A stretch of 64,000 bases of DNA from Candidatus Hydrogenedentota bacterium (GTDB lineage Bacteria; Hydrogenedentota; Hydrogenedentia; Hydrogenedentales; JAEUWI01): positions 96,001 through 160,000 of the forward strand of contig JAXMOL010000002.1 of assembly GCA_034669905.1 (NCBI GenBank). The letters are read 5' to 3'. Under the pieces are notes generated by a model. The model did not search any database. It was not told the origin of the DNA and saw only the letters and a list, made by a program, of their open reading frames with translations. Of this stretch, positions 59,169-64,000 are shown piece by piece. Every line of letters begins with the position of its first letter. The first letter of the stretch is position 1. The translations under genes and the position numbers were made by a program.

Positions 59169-60605
59169 TTGTTATTTTCTGCACGCCTGCTTGCCCTCAC
59201 ATTCTCCTTCGTCAGCCTCGCCTGTATCGCGCACGCTGCGCCGCCCAACATCGTGCTCATTGTGTCCGACGACCAGGGCTACAACGACCTGGGCCATGTC
59301 AGTGGCGAGATCTTCACGCCCCACCTCGATCGCCTTGCTGCCGAAGGCGTGCGCCTCACTGACTTCTACGTTTCCTGGCCTGCCTGCACCCCCTCGCGGG
59401 GGAGCATCCTCACCGGCCGCTATCCCCAGCGCAATGGCCTCTACGACATGATTCGTAACGACGTGGCCGACTTTGGAAAAAAAATATCCACCGCCGATTA
59501 TCCCTATACGCCCGAGCGCATCCTGGGCATGGACACCCGGGAAGTGGGCATCGCCGAAGTACTGAGCGACGCCGGATACCGCTGTGGGGTCTTTGGCAAG
59601 TGGGACGGCGGTCAGCTTAAGCGCTACCTCCCCCTCCAACGGGGCTTCCACGATTTTTATGGATTCACCAACACGGGCATTGACTACTACACCCACGAGC
59701 GTTACGGCACGCCCTCCATGTATCGCAACAACACGCCCACCACGAAAGACAAGGGTGAATACGCCACCGACCTCTTCGAACGGGAGGCCCTCCGCTTCAT
59801 CGAAGCAAACAAAGCCCGCCCCTTTTTCCTCTACGTACCCTTCAACGCACCCCACGGCTCTTCCAACTTAGACCCGGCCATTCGGGGCACCGTGCAGGCC
59901 CCCGATGCATACCGGGCAAGATACCCGGACCTTCTGGCGGAAGCAGGCCTGGAACCGGGCAAGCGTTACGGCAAAGAGGCCATGGTGCCCAACAAGGCCG
60001 AGCGCGTGCTGGGTTACAAGGCGGCCACCACCTGTATGGATGAGTCCATTGGCGCCATCCTCGATGCCCTGGACAAAAACAACCTGGCCGAAAACACCAT
60101 CGTGATCTTCTTCTCCGACAACGGCGGCAGCGGCAGTGCGGACAACCGCCCCTTGAATGGACGAAAGGGTCAGGTCCTCGAAGGGGGCATTCGCGTGCCC
60201 TGTATCATCCGCTGGACCGGCGTTACCAAACCCGGCACGGTCTCCGACGCCTTCCTCACCTCCCTCGAACTTTTCCCCACCCTATGCGCTGCCACGGGCA
60301 CCCCGACACCGGCGGGGGTAGTCCTCGATGGCTACGACATGGCCCCCGTGCTGGCCGGTGCCCCCTCGCCCCGTACGGAAATGTTCTGGCAGCGTCGCGC
60401 CGAAAAAGCGGCCCGTGTCGGACAATGGAAATGGGTGAAGGCCCGACGGGGTTCCGGACTCTACGATCTCGCCACCGACATCGGTGAACGCCATGACCTC
60501 TCCAAAGAGAAACCCGAGGTCCTGAAAATGGTCCAGGAGAAATTCGCCACCTGGCGGGCCACCATGGACGCCACCGAGCCCCGGGGACCCTTTCGGGATT
60601 ATTGA
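59169..60605 (+). CDS. Sulfatase (Cys-type)
   Basis: PNIVLIVSDDQGYND, CTPSRGSILTGRYP, SDNGG, EGGIRVP; AGGAGG RBS before a TTG start. Confidence 0.93.
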   Translation: MLFSARLLALTFSFVSLACIAHAAPPNIVLIVSDDQGYNDLGHVSGEIFTPHLDRLAAEGVRLTDFYVSWPACTPSRGSILTGRYPQRNGLYDMIRNDVADFGKKISTADYPYTPERILGMDTREVGIAEVLSDAGYRCGVFGKWDGGQLKRYLPLQRGFHDFYGFTNTGIDYYTHERYGTPSMYRNNTPTTKDKGEYATDLFEREALRFIEANKARPFFLYVPFNAPHGSSNLDPAIRGTVQAPDAYRARYPDLLAEAGLEPGKRYGKEAMVPNKAERVLGYKAATTCMDESIGAILDALDKNNLAENTIVIFFSDNGGSGSADNRPLNGRKGQVLEGGIRVPCIIRWTGVTKPGTVSDAFLTSLELFPTLCAATGTPTPAGVVLDGYDMAPVLAGAPSPRTEMFWQRRAEKAARVGQWKWVKARRGSGLYDLATDIGERHDLSKEKPEVLKMVQEKFATWRATMDATEPRGPFRDY

Positions 60606-60679
60606 GGAGTGCCACGGGGAGCAAGTTACAACAAGACAAAGTACGTGGGATAGGCGTCCCGCCTGTCATGGCGCGACGC

Positions 60680-61391
60680 AACACTTACCAAGTCGACGCA
60701 CACCAAATCCCACCACGCCCTGGAGTGCGTAAGCTTGCTTACGCTCTTATGAAGCAAGCTTGCTTGCGGCCCTGCCCATAGCACCCGGAACTCCTCGCCC
60801 TTCCACCGGCAGCAAGCTGCCTCAACAGGGCGGCAGCAAGCTGCCACACTCCAAAGAGTCACCCCCTAACGCGGAGAGCGGTCCCAAATAGAAACAGGGC
60901 CACTGGAATCCCAGTGGCCCTGCCCGTGGCACCCAACCGGTGTCGATGGCAGATCGCAAACATCCTGTAAAAGATGTAAAGACGGGAGCCGCCCGTAACG
61001 TGGCGACTCCCCACGAATTCGTTAGCTCTTACTCGTTACCACGGTCCTCCGTGGTAATGCCTATGGTTCCGCTCCTGCGGGACGGGGGGGGAGCATCGTG
61101 GGTGTAGGTCCGATAGGGTGGTCGGCATGCCCTTTCGCCTACGGCGTTGCCGCAGTAGCGGCAAGGTATGTAACACTTACCAAGTCGACGCACACCAAAT
61201 CCCACCACGCCCTGGAGTGCGTAAGCTTGCTTACGCTCTTATGAAGCAAGCTTGATTGCGGCCCTGCCCACAGCACCCGGAACTCCTCGCCCTTCCACCG
61301 GGAGCAAGCTCCCACACTCCAAAGAGTCACCCCCTAACGCGGAGAGCGGTCCCAAATAGAAACAGGGCCACTGGAATCCCAGTGACCCTGC
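60680..61391. repeat. ~220-240-bp direct repeat pair built of palindromes
   Basis: 60680-60923 matches 61172-61391; part of the unit recurs inverted at 52878-52999. Confidence 0.9.
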
Positions 61392-61412
61392 ATCAACGCA
61401 TCAAAAACAGAT

Positions 61413-62948
61413 TCACTTCGCGTCGACCGTCACACCCGGCCAGTCATCGGTCCGGAAGGGGCTCGCAGGCAAGCCGGCTTCGTTGTACAGCGTAGACACC
61501 GGATTGTCGGCCCAACCATAACGGACGGCCTTGGGCGCGGGCACGGCGTCCGAGGAAACGATAACCTTCTTGCCCTTGACCTCGGCATCGGCCCAGACAA
61601 ATTGCTGGTCTTCACCGGCAATCATAAAGCCCTTCAGTTCACCCGCCTTGGGGTGAAGGCCCTTGGCATAGTCGAAGGAAATGACGACCTTGTTGCCATC
61701 GATAGTGTGGGATTTATACAAGGGTCCCGACGGCACAACATCGCGCATGCCATAGTCGAAACGCAGCGCCCACCGGGCCAATCGCTTGCCCACATCCTGC
61801 TTGTTACGGGGATGGATGTCACCGGCCTCACCGATGTCGATGGCCGAGGCCATACCGGTGTTTTTCAGTTCCAGGGTCATCAACTGCGCTTCCCGCAGTT
61901 CCGCCCAATCACTATCGGCCACGGGCTCTTCCACACGCTTCTTATAGTTGGCCAGCTGCACGAAGTAAAAGGGAAAGTCCCCCTGGTCCCAATGCATGCG
62001 CCAGTCTTCAATCATGGCGGGGAAAATCGTGCGGTATTGAAAGGCACGGCTGGCGTTCGATTCGCCCTGATACCAGATGGCACCCTTAATACCAAAGGGT
62101 ACAATGGGATGAATCATGCCGTTGTAGAGACTCGAAATACGGTGGGGATGATCGGGACCATAGGGCGCACGAGGCTGACGTGCCTTAGTCTCACCCGCAT
62201 CCTTCTTCGCCTTCCACTCGGCCACAGTCTTGTCATAGGCCGCCTTCGTTTCCGGCCACTTCGCCAGAACGTCTTCCCAGCGTTTCGTAATCGGTGCAAA
62301 GGCCGCCACCTTGTCCACCGTCTCCGGGCTCGTCCAGGATTCCGAGGGCGTACCGCCCCACGACGTGTGAATCAGGCCCACGGGGATGTTCAGTTTCTGG
62401 TGCAACTCGCGCCCGAAGAAATAAGCCACGGCCGAAAAACCGGGAATGGTCTCCGGCGTGCACACCTGCCACGTGCCCTCACAATCTTCCTGCGGCGTAT
62501 CGGCGACCACGCGCTTGACAGAGAAAAGCCGGAGGTTGGGATACTTCGCCGCCGCGATTTCCTTTTCCGGATCGTTCGACTGTTTTACACTCCACTGCAT
62601 GTTGGACTGGCCGGAGCCCACCCACACTTCGCCGATGAGGATGTCATCGAAATAAAGCGACTCGGCTCCCAGGCTCACCCGCAGGTCATAGGCCGTGTTA
62701 CCTGCCGACATGGAATCCAACGCCGCCATCCAGCGTCCATCGGCACCCACCGTCACCTCCTGTACCCGATCACCAAACTGGACCGTCAGCACCGCGCCCG
62801 GATCGGCCTTACCCCAAATGGGATTCTTCTGTTTCTGCTGCAACACCATGTGGCTGCTGAAGATGCTCGGCATCCACAATTCCGCCTGGGCACTCAGCCC
62901 CACCGCAACGACAATGGCCAGCAGACCGAGATGACGAAGTATACGCAT
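61413..62948 (-). CDS. Sialate O-acetylesterase family protein
   Basis: IFSSHMVLQQ, GEVWVGSGQSNM, FSAVAYFFG, WGGT, WYQGESN, VQLANY, DIHPRNK. Confidence 0.92.
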   Translation of the reverse strand: MRILRHLGLLAIVVAVGLSAQAELWMPSIFSSHMVLQQKQKNPIWGKADPGAVLTVQFGDRVQEVTVGADGRWMAALDSMSAGNTAYDLRVSLGAESLYFDDILIGEVWVGSGQSNMQWSVKQSNDPEKEIAAAKYPNLRLFSVKRVVADTPQEDCEGTWQVCTPETIPGFSAVAYFFGRELHQKLNIPVGLIHTSWGGTPSESWTSPETVDKVAAFAPITKRWEDVLAKWPETKAAYDKTVAEWKAKKDAGETKARQPRAPYGPDHPHRISSLYNGMIHPIVPFGIKGAIWYQGESNASRAFQYRTIFPAMIEDWRMHWDQGDFPFYFVQLANYKKRVEEPVADSDWAELREAQLMTLELKNTGMASAIDIGEAGDIHPRNKQDVGKRLARWALRFDYGMRDVVPSGPLYKSHTIDGNKVVISFDYAKGLHPKAGELKGFMIAGEDQQFVWADAEVKGKKVIVSSDAVPAPKAVRYGWADNPVSTLYNEAGLPASPFRTDDWPGVTVDAK

Positions 62949-63264
62949 GTGTTTGTATTCCTTCCTGCAAGAGTTTCTTTCAAAAGCACAAGGAAGAAAG
63001 CGTAACAAAATGAGGGGGGAAGGGCAAGACGACGGGAGATGAACTATCAAAACGCCTTGACCGGTAGTCTCGTGGGCTCGGGTTGGAGTCTGGCCGCCGT
63101 GATTTCGAGCTCTTGACTGGGTATGGCTATGAGTTCAGCCCGTAATGAACTACGCATGGGCATCTCTGCATGGTGGATATTCCTCCTCGCTTTACAAGTC
63201 TACGAGACCCGCGTTAAAATCCACCCCGTAGCAGAAGCCCCAGGTGGTTGAGGAGTGTCTACCC

Positions 63265-64000
63265 GTGAGTGCAATTGTCACCAAGAACCTGAGCAAGATT
63301 TACCGCGAAGTCGGCAAGGCCTCGGTGAAATCGCTGGATGGCCTCGATCTGACGATTGAAGAGAATGAGGTCTATGGCTTCCTGGGCCGTAATGGTGCCG
63401 GGAAGACCACGACCATCAAGATTCTCTGTAGCCTGCTGAAACCCACTTCGGGGGAGGCCTTTGTCTTCGGAGAAAACGTCCGCACCCCCCAGGCCCGACA
63501 ACACATCGGCTATCTCCCTGAGCAACCCTATTTCTACGAGTACCTCACCCCCCGGGAAACCCTCGATTTCTACGGCAAACTCCGCAACTTGAGCCCGGCC
63601 GAGCGGGATCACCAATGGGACAAGCTCTCGGAGCTCCTCGACCTGCGGGATATTGCCCATCAGCGCATTAAGGGCTTCTCCAAGGGCATGCGCCAGCGTA
63701 TCGGCTTTGCCGTGGCCCTGATGGGTGACCCACCCTTACTTATACTTGACGAGCCCATGAGTGGCCTCGACCCCATTGGACGCCGCATGATCCGTGATAT
63801 CATCATGCGCTGTCGCGATGAAAAGAAGACCCTCTTCTTCAGCTCCCACGTCATGAGCGATGTGGAACAAATCTGCGACCGGGTCAGTATCCTGGTCAAA
63901 GGTAAACTGACCCACCGCGGGCGTATCGACCAGCTACTGGCCAGCCAGACTAAGACCGTGGAAATCATCACGGCGGGCCTCTCCGATGAAACGCGGGGCA
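63265..64000 (+). CDS. ABC transporter ATP-binding protein (3'-truncated; absent from the ORF track)
   Basis: GTG start after GAGGAG; GFLGRNGAGKTT, FSKGMRQRIG, LILDEP, SSH. Confidence 0.92.
   Translation, partial: MSAIVTKNLSKIYREVGKASVKSLDGLDLTIEENEVYGFLGRNGAGKTTTIKILCSLLKPTSGEAFVFGENVRTPQARQHIGYLPEQPYFYEYLTPRETLDFYGKLRNLSPAERDHQWDKLSELLDLRDIAHQRIKGFSKGMRQRIGFAVALMGDPPLLILDEPMSGLDPIGRRMIRDIIMRCRDEKKTLFFSSHVMSDVEQICDRVSILVKGKLTHRGRIDQLLASQTKTVEIITAGLSDETRG

Overview
GC-rich bacterial chromosomal window. Its many secreted sulfatases, BNR/sialidase-like proteins and HEAT-repeat fusions suggest a glycan-degrading diderm; Hydrogenedentota- or PVC-like is an inference only. From left to right: (i) an AT-rich mini defence island with an HNH nuclease and a DUF262/ParB-like + HEPN pair, whose first gene is split in-frame by a complete IS3-family element; (ii) two four-helix-bundle (IVP/Avd-like) genes embedded in short inverted-repeat arrays; (iii) metabolic genes and an orphan PilT-type ATPase; (iv) a five-gene operon (ExeA-like ATPase, membrane TPR protein, Wza-like export domain fused to a secretin, Wzc tyrosine autokinase, Wzy/O-antigen-ligase-like protein); (v) oxoprolinase, a dynamin-like GTPase pair, ispE, a UbiB-family kinase, SRP RNA with a UGAC tetraloop, dnaX and larB-larC-coaD; (vi) a sulfatase/sialidase/GGT region, hicAB and a truncated ABC ATPase. 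Two signals stand out. The first is the Poly_export-secretin fusion, a candidate for polysaccharide export through a secretin. The second is three independent duplications of host-gene 3' ends that differ by synonymous or conservative changes and enclose hairpin-rich, transposase-free cassettes; one cassette is a four-helix-bundle gene between 36-bp inverted repeats. All family calls come from motif recognition by eye; no database search was run.
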